Source: Octopus sinensis (Eukaryota). From it: DNA of 64,000 nucleotides. The stretch covers positions 18,724,001 through 18,788,000 of the forward strand of contig NC_043009.1 in NCBI RefSeq assembly GCF_006345805.1, read 5' to 3'. The notes beneath the pieces are model-generated. The model saw only the letters and a list, made by a program, of their open reading frames with translations. It did no database searches and was not told the DNA's origin. Shown here one piece after another: positions 13,619 to 27,879 of this stretch (positions are counted from its first letter, which is position 1; every line of letters starts with the position of its first letter). The position numbers and the translations under genes were made by a program.

Positions 13619-14348
13619 AAGGAGGCAGTCACAATTTTAGATAATCTTTTATTGGCGCTTTCGTAATGGTAAAAACTGAACATTTTGTTGTTCATTTATA
13701 TGAATCGGGTGGTTTTTAGTTTTGCTTAGAAGAGGAGAATATAGTTTTTGTTATTGGGGGAGAGAGAAAGAAAAGCAAAGTGGGGGAATAGACAGAGAGA
13801 GAAGTTTCAGAAAGAGGAGAAAAATAATAAATATGCAATATACAATATACATACAAAACTAAATATGCAATGCTAAAATACAAAGCCAAATATACAATAT
13901 ACGTACAAAACTCATTCACGAGGTTTGCTTAGAGAATAGATTGGATCATAAACATTACCAAATTATTAGTATATATCTTTCGACTTTATTTTCCTAATTT
14001 ATGAATGTTGTACTAATATTTAATGTTTGTTCGTGCTAAACATAGAATTAATAGTATATGGGACTTGGCTATACAAGTGTAAAGGAATATACATTTTCAT
14101 AGGACTTTGAACTTTGAACCCTTTTTTTATTTTTCAGTGATGGCTGCGCTCTCCCACCTCTTTTTATTTCTTCCATCCTACTTCCTAAGAGTGACACCTT
14201 TGAAAGGTCACCAGCCCTTGTGAGAAAATATGTTGATAGGTATACAATGGAAAGAAAAAAGAAAGGAGAAAGAAAAGCAAAACAATGCTTTGTAATGAAA
14301 TTTCAATGAATTGACCACATCAAATTGAAAAGAAACTTCTTTCACTAG

Positions 14349-14384
<36 letters not shown>

Positions 14385-14458
14385 ATCTATCTATCTATCT
14401 ACCCATCCATCCTTTCCCCATCCTTTATTACTATTTTTTCTCCTCTTTCTCGATTGTC

Positions 14459-14490
<32 letters not shown>

Positions 14491-14779
14491 TTATCTATTC
14501 CCCCTTTTTGTTTTTCTTTCTCTCTCCCTCTTTTTCCAAAAATACAAAAACAATATTCTCCCCTTCTAAACAAAGCAAAAAAAAAAAAGCATCCGATTCA
14601 TATAAATGAACAACGAAACGTTCTGTTTTTACCATTTTGATTTTGTGTTGACGAGTTCGAAAAACGAACGAAAACGCTAATAAAGGATTTCCAAATTCTG
14701 ACTGCCTCCTTTTTCTCAATACACCACTTCAAACCCTATATATGTACACCACTTCATATATATATATATATATATTTTA

Positions 14780-14824
<45 letters not shown>

Positions 14825-15266
14825 AAGAAAAAATTATTAAATAGTGCAATACAGTAAATATTGGTGCATTTTGTACCACTATCCTATATTTATCCTTTAA
14901 CCCGACGGTGCTTTGTTTTACTGAGAAGCAATACTACAGTATTGCACTATTTAATATTTTTTTTACTGTTTTCAGTCTGTTAACGGCCAGGCGTCCAGAC
15001 GAGTAATATTGGCATTGATTGATGTAGCGACATTTGAAATTTTGTCTAGGTGAATCTAGCAGAAGAGAACTAATCAACTTTATGTTAACAAACGTAATTT
15101 GTAAAGTTCGAAACTTAGGTCCTACATTATCCACATTTGGGTTGTACACTTATATAATGTTCTTATATAACATTATATAAATACTTTTGCCAGTGAAGCT
15201 TTACGATAGCGTCGTATATTATCGACTGGTATTTCCAGTAAATATTGTGCATTGTTGTACCACTAT

Positions 15267-15346
<80 letters not shown>

Positions 15347-15349
<3 letters not shown>

Positions 15350-16230
15350 GTAAATATAATATGTGACAATTATTCGGTAGCCATAATAAAACTCCGAGTT
15401 TCGGATGTCGGGGCGGAAACCCACGCCGGCATCTCTTCAGTTATTGGGCCATCGAAAAAATGCTCTGAAAAACAAAGGGAAATTACTGTGTGATTGACCG
15501 TTATTAAGACAAAAGCGCTATTAGAATGACCGCTAAGTGAGGAGAGGGAGTAAAAATGTTCATATTAATCGCGTAAGCGCGCATGTCCATACATACACAT
15601 GCGCGCTCATACACCCACGTACATGCACCTATATGTATATACTCATCCACTTTTACTTGAAACACACATATGCTCACCCACACATTCGCCAAAAAATATA
15701 TACGTACACGCTCGCACACACGCGCGCACACAAAAAAGGGTTCATACACACGACTATATACGCACACGCAGAAGAAAAAACAGGGCTAAAGGCAAAAATT
15801 CTGAAAAAAGTGTAAAAAATAAGCAATAGAGTAAAACACGTCTATATACGCACATACTCGCATGCACGCACTCACACGTCTATATACGCACATACCCACA
15901 TACACCTATATACGCACACACACACGTGCACAAAAAAGGTTCATACGTCTATATACGCACATACCGGCACACAACCACACGCGCGCACAAAAAATTACAT
16001 ATACACGTAAAGTGCAGGGTGGAAGGTAGAATACAGAAAAAATGTGTAAAAATATATGAGCGATAAAACTAAAAAACATTATCTCTATAAATATATGAAA
16101 AAAAATATATATATAAATATATAAAAAAAAAATATATATAAATATATAAGAAATATAAGTAAAACGTACAGAGATAAAGAACTTGTATGTGAACACAATA
16201 TAGAAAGCAAGTCCTATCTGTAATCTCGGA
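15347..16230 (-). mobile_element. Probable PLE terminal-repeat (pLTR) remnant: low-complexity TG/CA region, hammerhead, (TA)n junction
   Basis: Same layout as the pLTR at 39716-40352; degenerate CTATATACGCACA units at about 15755-15960; left end abuts (TA)n. Confidence 0.5.
15380..15450 (-). ncRNA. Minimal type I hammerhead ribozyme motif
   Basis: Minus strand AATAA-CTGAAGA-GATG..CATCC-GAAA-CTC-G-GAG-TT-TTATT; 5-bp perfect stem I; stem II closing pair shifted by one base. Confidence 0.65.
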
Positions 16231-17360
16231 GGGACCAAAAACGTAACAAATATTTAGTCACATATGGACATGATCCAAAAAGTTCAGTCCTTGAATTTAG
16301 ACATGTGGCGGGGTCTAAGCTGCTTTTCCAGATGAGCCATCTTTCCATATCGCAAAGACCGCACTTTCGTAAGTCCTTTAACACTTTCCATCAGAAACTA
16401 AAAAAAAGATATCAATTACATAAAGAGTCCCCCCACCCCCCAAAAAAATGGCGATAGGTGAACTACGATATAGCAAAGGATTACTCTTTTTTTTATTGAT
16501 TTACTACAAAAATGAATTTCAAAGCAGTGATTAGCATATGAAACCATATCATTACACCGAATATGAAATCAATTCGAGCAGGAATTGAAGAGATTGAAAT
16601 TGGCAGCCAAAACAGAAAAGATCCCATAAGTATCTTGTCTTTAAGAGAGTGATTTAATTAAAGAACCTCAAAACAGTAACAACAATAATAAATAATAAAG
16701 ACAATGATTTAGGTTTAAAAACCAAAATACTAATATTAATAGCAATACAATTAACAGAAACAACACACGTGCAAGCGCACATACCCACGAAGTCATACAT
16801 ACACATACTCGTACAAAAAAAAAAATTCACTCAAAAACACACGTTCAAACACAAAGACAAAAAATAAAGTAAATTGATTTATTCAATAGTTTGCTTCTCC
16901 ATCCCAATAAGAAGGCATTATTTGAGTGAAAAAAAAAAAAAAGATTTAATTCAGAAAACGTATACTTTGGTCACTAGAAAATTAACAAACATAAGTATCA
17001 CTGATCCAGAAGACCAGAAGAAACATAATTTAGTCATAAACGAAAACATCTGTTTAGACTGAATTTTAAAATCAGAAATAAAATAAGTGCAGAAAACATG
17101 GGAAAAGGTGACTACAAGCGTTTCAGTGGCGGGAAGCAGCCACTGTCATGTGATCGCATTTCCATTTTTATCACATATTTGCTTTTACTAGTCTTCAACA
17201 GGAAATCTTATGCATATTTAGTTACACTTGTATATACGTACATACATATACACATCCTCAAACCCACCTACTCATAACTATATAGAAATATATACATATA
17301 TATGTGTGTGTGTGAGTATGTATGTATGTATGTATGTATTTATGTATGTATGTTTGTATG

Positions 17361-17441
<81 letters not shown>

Positions 17442-17449
17442 CTCTTTCT

Positions 17450-20400
17450 TCTGCTGCTATGGAGAATGAAGCAGACAGAAGGCGATTGTTAGCCAGAGAG
17501 AGACAAAGGCGAAGAACAGCCAATCTCACCGGAAGAACTGGACGCAAGAAGATTAAAATATAGCAGATAAAAAAATATTTTATTAAGTCAATCCCTAGAA
17601 GGGAGACTAGGGATCAGAGCACAAGATGCAAGACGACAGGCTCGAAGACGTCAAAATGAAAAGGAAAACCTCATTGCACAAAGGAGAGATATTCAAAGAC
17701 AGAGAGCAGCACAAAAGCGCCAAGATGAAACAGAACAGTAAACTTCAGAGAGGAGAGAAGATCTAGGAATGAGAGCATCGCAAAGGCGACAAGATGAAAC
17801 GGAAGAGGAAGCAGCAGAGAGGAGGGAAGGTCTAAGAGAGAGGGAGAGAGAGAGAAAGACTAAGACTAGAAAATGAAACTGAAGAACAAATGAGAAGAAT
17901 GGAATACTGAAACGGAAGAACGAAGAAATAATCGAAGGCAGCGGAATGCGAACGCCATGAGAGTTGTGCGAAGAGTTGGAAATCATGTAAATTTAATAAA
18001 TAATCATAATTATAATGAAGAGAATGTTCAAGTTCATAACTGTTGTGACATGAACACGTTGTGTCGGTTTTGTAGAGCCAAACATTTTGCTTCAGAGCGA
18101 CCATCAGACGGATGCTTTAAAAGTTGCTGCCATAAAGGGAAAGTCCTGCCTCCAGTTAGAAGAGAATTTCCTCCATACTTACGATCCCTGTTGTCAGACC
18201 CTCAACGTCCACATTATGTTAACTTCAAAGAAAATATAAGGTCATACAACTCTGCTCTATCTGTCGCATCTATGGGTGCTCACATTGATGACCCACAAGG
18301 ACGAGCTCCATTCTACTTCAGAGTGCATGGCTAAGGTTATCACAGGACTTCGCACAGGGCCAACAGACGCAATTTGTGCAACTGTATATTGTTGACAGCG
18401 TTCAAGCTACCACAGTGCGGGCTCAGAATGCAGAAAATGAAAGCTGTATACCTGAGGTGATACACAAATTGGATGAGATTATCAGAGATAACAATGTCTA
18501 TACTGCATCTTAAAGCACATTACGAGAAGTATAACTGCATGAGGAGCAGCATGCCCAACAGGAACAGAGGCCTATGTCTGTCGTAAATTTAGTCTTCAAC
18601 AAGGATCGCATTGCTGATAGGTGGAAATACAATTTACCAACAGTTACTGAAATAGCTATGGTCTTCAGCAATACTGACGGTGAGCCACCATTCAACAGAG
18701 ATTTCAAGGTTTACCCAAGAAACAATGAAGTCCCTGTGATCAGTCTGAACATTCTTAGCCCCAACCTCAACCCAATGACATATGTATTGTTCTTTCCAAA
18801 TAAGAAAGCCAGGCTGGCAACCACATATGATTGGTAATAGAAATAGAACAAACTCAAGGCAAAATGTTACAATGCTCCAACATAAAATATCTCTTGCAGC
18901 AGTTAGAGATGGTGAATTCAACCCAGTTATCCATGGAGGCAAGCTCTTCCAGCAATGAGCAGTAGGCTCTTAGCTGCAAGTCGAAGGTAACAATATAAAT
19001 TTTGTGAAGAACCATCAACACAGGTTAAAAATAGAACAATACCGTGGTCTTGCTGATCATTTACGGAATGCTGCAAATGCTCAAGTAGAACGCACAGTTA
19101 CCTTGCCTTCATCATTTCAAGGTTCTACTTGTAATATGCATGAGCGCTATCAAGACGCCATGGCTATTGTCCACATTTATGGTTCTGCTGATATTTTCCT
19201 CACAATAACCTGCGATCCTAATTGGCAAGGAATTAAAGAGAAGTTACTTCCAGGCCAAACTTCATCAGATAGACCGGACTTGGTGGCCCGTGTATTCAAT
19301 ATAAAGCTGCACGAACTCTTGAATGATACCACTAAGAAATATATATTTGGAAGAGTCACTTCTTACTGCTACACCATTGAATTTCAAAAGAGGGGCTTAC
19401 CACATGCCCACCTGTTGATCATTTTGCACCTTGATGATTAAATTGATTGATCCTGAAGGAATTAATCAAATTGTCTGTGCCAAGATCCCGGATCCCGTCA
19501 TTGAACCCTTACCACATGAAACAGTGAAAAGGTGCATGATCCATGGGCCCTGTGGTGATCTCAACCCTGCATGGAAAATAACGGGTGCCTTAAAGAATTT
19601 CCAAAGGTGTATCAACAAGAGACACCGATAAATAAACACAAACGGTTACCCGTTGTACAGGTGACATCGAGGGGCATTAGTTCGAGTTCACAACCATCCA
19701 ATAGACAACCAATATGTAGTGCCCTACAATAAACATCTGTGCCATAAGTTCAATGTTCATATTTGTGTTGAGATCTGCCTCTTCGTCTCCTCTGTGAAAT
19801 ATATTTACAAATATATCTACAAGGGATATGACTCCATCTATGCTGACATCAATGAAACAATTTCAAACAATGAGATTGTGCATGATGAAGTACGCAACCA
19901 TTTAGATACTCGGTATGTGAGTGCTCCTGGAAGTATGTGGCGCCTGTTTGAGAATAAAATGCATGACAGATCTCATTCAGTTATTCATCTGCCTGTCCAT
20001 CTGCCACAAGAGCAACTTATATACTTTGAAGTTTGGTATCTTCTGAATCGAACAGATGAAAATGCACAGAACTTGCATTATTCGGATATTCCGTTCAGTT
20101 ATGTCGTCAATAAGCAGACAACTGTATAGAAGCGCAACGAGAAGGGGATAAAGTCATCTCCAGACTGTACACCGTTAGCCCGAAGGATGAGGAACGATTT
20201 TACTTGAGACTTTCCTGAAGGTCGAAGTTAGGAGGACATGAAACCGGAAGATGGCGTAGTCTGCAACTCATTTAAAGAAGCTGCGCTCTTTAGAAATTTA
20301 GTTCAAAATGAAGAATGGCACAGGGAAATAGAAGAAGCGTCCCTTACAGGTATGCCATTTCAGCTGAGACAATTGTCTGCTCTCATTTGCATCTTCATCA

Positions 20401-22097
20401 CCCCAGCTAACCCTTCGCAGCTGCACCACCAGTTTGAGGAGGAGATGATTAAGGATTTCACAAGAATTAACACTCGAGAGGTGGCCATCCAAAGAGCGTT
20501 AAATGATATCGAGTCAACACTGCGAGTATATGGGTTATGCTGCAGAGATTTGCATCTTCCAGTCCCAGCTGCAGCAGCCTTTCATGAAGTAACTGCTGAA
20601 AAGAACAACGTTGAAGGAGTTGATGTTGAGCGGTGCACTGCATCCTTCACTGAGACTCAGCGCCAGGTTAATGAACACATTATTGCAGCCACCAATGACG
20701 ATGAAAGACAGAGTAGATTCTTTTTCGTCGAAGGCCCTGGAAGTACGGGAAAGATCTACCTGTACAATACATTGATAGCTTCTCTAAGAAGGCAAAACAA
20801 GTATGTCCTTTCCTATGCTACTACAGGCATAGCTGCTAATTTGCTCATCGATGGAAGGTCTGTTCACAGTGGACTCAAGCTACCCGTCCCATTGCATGAC
20901 AGTTTCACCTCTCACATGAGAATCCCTTCAGAGTCATCTGAAAAATTAAAGCAGGCTCACCTTTTAATTATTGATGAAGCATCAATATTATCTTGCTATG
21001 CTCCGAGAGCCATTGATCTGCTGCTGGGGCAAATAATGAATTCGCTCAGACTATTCGGTGGAAAACTGTTGCTATTTGGCGGAGAATTCAAACAAACTCC
21101 ACCTGTCATCCCAAGAGGATCCAATCCAGCAGTAATTGAGTCCTCAACTAAGCAATCTCCTCTCTAGCATTTTGTAACAAAACTCAGTTTGACAGAAAAT
21201 ATGCGCATGACTGGACAAGATGACTTCAACAGGTGACTCTAAGAGGTTGGAAATGGAACCCTCTCCAACAATGAAGAGCATGAAGAAAACTTCGTAGAAA
21301 TTCCCCAAAATATGGTATTAGAGAAGTTTTGGGGGAAGAATTATTACTAAATAATGACGAGGTAGTTGAAAGAGTGTCATCAACGATCATTTTGACACCT
21401 AAAAGCAAAGATTGTCTTCACATAAACACTGACATAATATCATTATTGCATGGTGAAGCAACAATCTACAGAAGCGTTCGCTGCTGAGGAAAATAACGAA
21501 GTTGTTATACATTATCCACTGGAGTTTTAAAATTCACTGACTCTTTCTGGGATGCCACCTCATATACTGTCCTTGAAGAGGCATTCGATGGTCATGTTGC
21601 TAAGGAACCTGAATCCAGTGAGAGGTTTACTCAATGGGACCCGGATCTTAGTGCTGTCCATCAAGGATTTTTTCATTCATGGGAAAATACTTAATGTAAG
21701 TAAGAAAGGAAAGGAAGCCTTTATTCCGCTCATGAACTTCCGTCCCAGTGAGACAACCCTTCCCTTTAGTATGAATAGATGACAGTTTCCTGTTACCCCG
21801 GCATTTGAAATGACTATAAACAAATCACAAAGGCAGAGCTTCAATAATGTTGGCATCATCCTGACATCACCAGCATTTAGCCACGGACAACTTTCTGTTG
21901 CATTGAGTAGAAGTAGAAACAGTAATAATATTAAAACGTTGGTAAAGAACCATCCAAAACAAGGCGAACTCATTGATGGGAGGATTTTCACTAGACATAT
22001 GGTGTTGAAACAGTTATTAACATATAGGTTGTAATCTTTTCATTTTATTATCCATATAATTTTTATGCTGTCAGTTCTGACGGCACGGGTACACTAG
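17450..22097 (+). mobile_element. Autonomous-type Helitron (Rep/Helicase pseudogene), 3' end intact, 5' end not defined
   Basis: Zn-like CRFC...SCCHKGKV; Rep motifs FLTITCDPNW, EFQKRGLPHAHLL, YKYIYKGYD; helicase GPGSTGK, IIDEAS, GGKLLLFGGEFKQ, MTINKSQ, HGQLSVALSR; hairpin TGCTGTCAG-TT-CTGACGGCA 22066-22085, CTAG 22094-22097 followed by T. Confidence 0.95.
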
Positions 22098-22210
22098 TAT
22101 ACACACACACACATATGTATATTTATACTATATTATATATATATATATATAATCAATATAAATATATCATTATACAGGTGTAATTATAATCATGTATGTA
22201 TGTATGTGTA

Positions 22211-22297
<87 letters not shown>

Positions 22298-23117
22298 CAT
22301 AAGGAACAGATCCGTTTCCCAAAGCACAGACAGATTCCTTTAAGTGAACACATAGAGAGATGTGCAGATAATATCCAACCAAACTTTACAGTTTTCCCCG
22401 TCTACCAGTGCTAAGAAACAATTTCTGTACAAGAACGTTTAAATAAAGAAAATTTATTTACCGAAAAATACCTAACGCGTCTAAATATGAACGCATAACC
22501 AGCTTTGGTCCCAGTATGATCACATATCCATCACAGTAAACATTTCACATCTCATTTTAACTTTTGGATTTTGTATATTTCCCCCCCCCCCCCGCCCCGC
22601 CCAAAAAACAAAAATTAGTAATTACCTCCCCTGTCCCGATTACTAACGATCTCCAATTACTTCCCCTTATATTTTTCTACTTGTTGATTCATTCACAAAC
22701 TTCCTTCCAAGAATATATACTAAAATCTTCTTAAGAAAATACGAAATTACAATAATTTCAATGTCAGGATTATAGAAAGTGAAACCGGTCCACAGACACA
22801 ATATCTTTCACTTGTAAAATATATCAAAAAATAGGATCTTTTCAATTCTGAAGCCAGGACCACAGATCTTTCTACTTAACTAAATAATCTGAAACTTCGT
22901 ATGCTGATAGAGTCTAGCAAAACAAGACACAGGTTGGAACTAGTTTATTTGAGAAAAATCTATTTTATGACTTTAACCGTAGATTAAAACTGCGAATTTT
23001 AACCAATCAGATTGTTTGTTTTCAGGTGTAAAACTTGACTGCATTCTATTAGTGTGACGTAGAAAGCGCTTTTGTGACGTACTAACGTTCGTTTGAAAAC
23101 TGTAAACAAACACAGAA

Positions 23118-23182
23118 CGTAACGGCAGACGAAATACGGCTACGCATTTCGCCCGGCGTGCTAACGTTTCTGCCAGCTCTTT
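23118..23182 (-). mobile_element. SINE family B, 5' fragment
   Basis: CAGACGAAATACGGCTACGCATTTCGCCCGGCGTGCTAACGTTTCTGCCAGCTC continues the family seen at 52290-52480 and 56604-56703. Confidence 0.6.
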
Positions 23183-23984
23183 GCTTTTTTAATATTAAAT
23201 TTCTTGCCTTTTGCACAAATAAATACAATAAGTGAAATGAAACGCATTAGCTTAGAAACGAAATCTTGTTAGAAGCCTCGTCACTGAGATGCCACTTCTT
23301 AATAGCAAACGAAAGCAAGTACTAACAGAATGGAAACATTTTCAATTTAATACATGTGGCTTATTAACTAGTTTTAAATATTGTTATTAGAAGGTGGCTG
23401 ACTATAGGATCCTGGAAACATGAGTAGGTTAAATAATTAGAAGGAGATTTCACGGAGACATGCGGTTTATTTACATTTAAGATGTTTAATACGTCACCAA
23501 ATTGGTGGTCGAGACGGAGTAAATAAAATAAAGCCGAATGACGGAATATCATTGGTTAAAATTCTAATTATTAAACAACGTTAAACTTAGAAGTTACAAA
23601 TCCGTTTTCATTCTGGTTTACAATTAAGTTTACTTTTGACACATTCTACCAGTATACGAAGTTTCAAATTGTTTGGTTCAGTAGGAAAAATTTGAAAAAA
23701 CTGGCTTCAGAATTGAAAAGATCCAAAAAGGATATTAAAACTATGTAAAATGTGTACATTTTCCTTCTTTTATTTTATATATATACTTTTTGCATTACAA
23801 CTCACCACGTGGGGATAGTCGAAATTCTCCTCTCCCCTTTTCTTACTATATATATATATATATATATATCCGTCTTTCTTACTTTGCACCGTTATTTCTA
23901 TTGCTAAGCCAATCCTGTTTCTTCTCCCCTCTTTAATTCCTTCCTTCTCTCTCTCTCCCCCTTGGTGCCTTCGTCCCTTTCTTT

Positions 23985-24470
23985 CTCTCTCTCTTTGATT
24001 CCTTGCCCCCTGCTTTTCTTCCGTTCTCTCACGTGACTGCATTCAAACTGGTCTTTCCGGCTTGACCGCTGCCATGTTAACACTGTTGTCTTCGTTTGCC
24101 GCAAAGACATTTTTCAAATACGCCAGCCAAGATAAGTTAAAAATTGTCTGAAGTCGTAAGACATCCGCTGTTTTGTCCTGTTATTACTATTCTTGTTTTT
24201 TATTTCTATTTTTTGTTTCTTGTATTTATATTCGTGTGGCATCCTGTCCTTGTTTCGTATACATTCGATCCTCTTTCCAAGAAATCTAGTGCCTGTGGCT
24301 TAGTTTTTCTTTGGGGCTGGCCGGATCGGAGCGATATCGAGATTAATCAGCCGAAATTGCTAAGATGATCCGGTTCCCGACTGAAGATTAGAGGCTTTGA
24401 GTGACCCGTCTGTTTTTTTGTGTCGTCTCTTTGTGTGTTTTTACGTTCTTGTCCCACTTTGTAATTTATA
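23985..24470 (+). repeat. Dispersed repeat (PLE-type terminal-repeat family)
   Basis: TTAGTTTTTCTTTGGGGCTGGCCGG...AATCAGCCGAAATTGC...GACTGAAGA...TGACCCGTC shared with 36400-36860 and 45250-45395. Confidence 0.65.
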
Positions 24471-24489
24471 ATTTATATTTAATTTCTAT

Positions 24490-24859
<370 letters not shown>

Positions 24860-24868
<9 letters not shown>

Positions 24869-25375
24869 TGATGGCTGCCCCCTCGTTATCTAGTATGGCC
24901 ATTGCACGAAGCTTAACTGTTATTGGTGCTGTGATCAAATGTGACTTTTTAGCCCAGCTAAAGATCTACAATGTCTTGTACAGAATTGGCAGCTAAAACC
25001 TCTACCGACAATAGCCTGCTGTAGTTGTAACTGGGCTTCATGTACCTTTGCATGTCGTTTAAGTCCTCTTGCCGAATTACACTCTCTTCCACATGCCTGA
25101 CAGATATGATTAGTATGGTGTTTAACACCACCACCAGTGGCCAGGTTGTCTCTCATCTGTCTCGTTTTATGACTACGAAGATGACTCTTGAGTCCAGCTT
25201 TACTGAGGCAGGGTCTTGCACAGACACTGCATGTCAGCATTACAGGAAGACCCTTCCCATCTGGAAGTGTAACAGCGATGCCCTTCCTGACATCCCTCCT
25301 TACTTCTTCATGCGCAACTCGAGATTTCTCAAAAGTACCTGACCTGTCCCCTCGTGCACAATCCTTCTCCACCTG
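24860..25375 (-). mobile_element. 5'-truncated RTE LINE 3' end with three C2H2-like fingers
   Basis: ORF 24935-25372: CSVCARPCLSKAGLKSHLRSH, CQACGRECNSARGLKRHAKVH, CQFCTRHCRSLAGLKSHI; ends ...CAGCCATC(ATGT)n. Confidence 0.75.
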
Positions 25376-25379
25376 CTAC

Positions 25380-25960
25380 AGACAGACAGACATGTATGAT
25401 GGCTGTCGGTTCGTTAAACGAGTATGATCATGGCTGACTAAATAAAGTGTATCATAGCATTACATGTAATGAGAACAGCAATGGCTCCTGAATCCTGACA
25501 GTGGCTTAAAGAAATTGTTGCAGGTTCATACATTCATACAATTTCCTTTGATTTCTTGGTTGTTCAAGATCATTCTGGTGATTTTTCTCTGTGCTTCGAT
25601 AAACCCGAGCGATTTCTATACGTTTTCTAGCAGAGACAATGCATGTGAGGCTGGCCCCAACCAGAAAGTCGTTGTAGTTTGAAACAGGTCTTCCTTCACG
25701 GCTTCTCTTTAGGCTCCCCAGACCTGAGTGATACGTATGTAGCCACAGATTTCACAGTCTAGATGAAGAACTGTAGGGTCAACGGAATTGTATTTTCGTA
25801 CTGATCTTACGTATAACCACTCGTTTGCATTTCGCTGGAATGTGCTCACTCCGTAATAGACTCTTTCCAGCCTTTCCTATCACGTGATATATCTTCCCAC
25901 TCTTGTTCTGAAATCTCACAGATTCTAAGGAATTCTTTTCATCAAGGGCACATTAAAAGT
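25380..25960 (-). mobile_element. Second RTE LINE 3' end, more decayed
   Basis: ISEQEWEDISRDRKGWKESI and CEICG remnants; ends ...AACGAACCGACAGCCATCATACA(TGTC)n. Confidence 0.6.
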
Positions 25961-26119
25961 ATCCACATCACCATTTTTATCCCCCAAAATAGCCAAACCA
26001 CCGAAGCCAAAAATTACCGCCCAAAAGCCAATGAAAACATTATAAGATGTACACTGGCTGCCTCAATTTGTTTCTGCGGGACCATTGTGCCATTAACAAA
26101 ATTGTAACCCCAGAATAAG

Positions 26120-26985
26120 CTGGAGAAAGAAGGACGTGTGAGGGTGTATTGAGGACCTACAATTTAATAAAATGATACAAGAGAGAGCAATAGAGAATCG
26201 CAAAAACTTGGCTATGAGGTAACTGGACTACGAAAAAGGCTTTGGTAGTATACAACATGGGTGGATCATCAAAGCACTGCAATTAACCAAAGTAACATCA
26301 CTAGTAGCTGCATCCACCACCAAACCAAAAACTGGTATACATCCTTACATCTTAGAGGAGACAATGAAGGCATCAGATTTGACACCATACACTACCAAAA
26401 AGGCATCCTTCAAGGCGATAGCTTGTGTGTACTACTCTTTGTACTCTTACTCAATTCCCTGCTATACCTAAATCCCAAAGCACAGCAACTAGCGGAATGG
26501 GTTCAATAACGTCTCTCACATGTTCTCTGTTGATGACCTGAAGTTGCATAGGCCAAATATTAATCACATCAAAAAGCAACTGGATCTCAGAAACCCGTTC
26601 TCCAAAGACACTGGAATGAAATTTAGTGAGTCAAAATGTGCATTTTGGTGATAAAACGTAGCTAACGTGTACCCTCGTCCAAGACACGAAACATAAACAA
26701 CCGAGAAATGGAGCCTCTACTCTCTGGGGAAAGTTACAAATATCTTGGACAGGATGAGAATGTCAGCTCTGACGGATCCATCAATACCAAGAGGATAAAA
26801 AAATATGATCATCTAAACTCTCAGCTTACAACAAGCATATGCCCAAAACACCTTTTCAGTGCATGTCATCACGCCTGCATTTGGCTTTTAAGCTGATTGC
26901 TACAAGAACTCAACGACATAGGTGTTTCAACTCACAAGCTGCTCAGTGTTACAGGAAGCCTCAACATCAGTTGAGATGTAGACAG
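26120..26985 (+). mobile_element. R4/Dong-clade non-LTR element, RT core fragment
   Basis: LDYEK.F.SIQHGWII.AL, KGILQGDSLCVLLFVL.LN, SHMFSVDDLKL, YKYLGQDEN. Confidence 0.75.
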
Positions 26986-26989
26986 CTTA

Positions 26990-27575
26990 TCTGGCAATCA
27001 ACTGGATAGCGGCTGTTTGCGCATTGGTGTTTCTCTAAGGCTTGACCTCCGGATCTGTGAGCCTTACAAATGCTGCTGCGGATTCATTGTGGATTCTTTC
27101 AGCCTATTCCCGCTCTTATGCCATTATAGTGCTAGCCGGCCTCTCCGTCATGCTGCTCTCAATGAGATCATAAAGCATGACCTAGACGCTGCAGGTTTGA
27201 CCTCCCAGCTCGAGCCAGCGGAGTCGGACAGAGGAGACGGTAAAAAGCCAGATAACATGACAATTTTTCCGTTCCGCAGTGGTAGGCCCCTCACCTGGGA
27301 TGCCATATGTTACGACTCCTCTAACGACGGCTTGATGTGTTCGGCTGCCAGCTCAAGATTTGCTATTTGACAAATAGAAAAGGGCAAATTGTCAAAGTAT
27401 CGGCCACCCTCGGACAGATTGGTGTTGAACTGGTGGCAGTGGAGACCCCCGACGTTCTTGGCCCCCAGACTACATCCTTACTCACTGCTATCAGGGTTGA
27501 GATGAGTATCCTCAAATGCGGGCTCTGTGAGTCGGACTGGCTGTTCCAGTGCGTCTCCTTCGCCATCTGCTAGAA
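26990..27575 (+). mobile_element. CRE-clade non-LTR element, C-terminal CCHC + restriction-like endonuclease fragment
   Basis: LRICEPYKCCCG..VDSF....LC..SASR..RHAALNEII...LEP..SDRGDGKKPDNMTIFPF..GRPLTWDAICYD. Confidence 0.75.
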
Positions 27576-27879
27576 CCACGAGGCGGACTGAGACAAGTCT
27601 TAAGTCTTTTCGATATAACGTCTATTAGTCTCTTAGATATAATATCTATTAGGGTTTTAGATAAAATGTCTATTGGCACATATCACAAAGAGAAAGTATT
27701 CTCTACCAAAGCAAACAAAAAAAACCGAGACGGTATTAAAAGCTATTAATGAAATTGGAAAGGAGTGTTCACACCAATGTAGTGAACCCGCATTCTGGCA
27801 GAGTAACGCCTGTCTATAAGCCCTGTCTACTACTGCAAAGCAATACACGAACGACACTCAAATAGTAAGCAAAACCGAA

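Noticed and set aside
16265-16420. Mariner-like terminal motif (GATCCAAAAAGTTC)
   Set aside because: No partner inverted end or transposase remnant recognised
24378-24415. CTGA(A/G)GA...GAA motif shared by 24381, 36775 and 45274 as a hammerhead
   Set aside because: No GAAA with an A-U pair at 15.1/16.1, no valid NUH site and no stem I pairing in any of the three copies; a family consensus would be needed to reconsider
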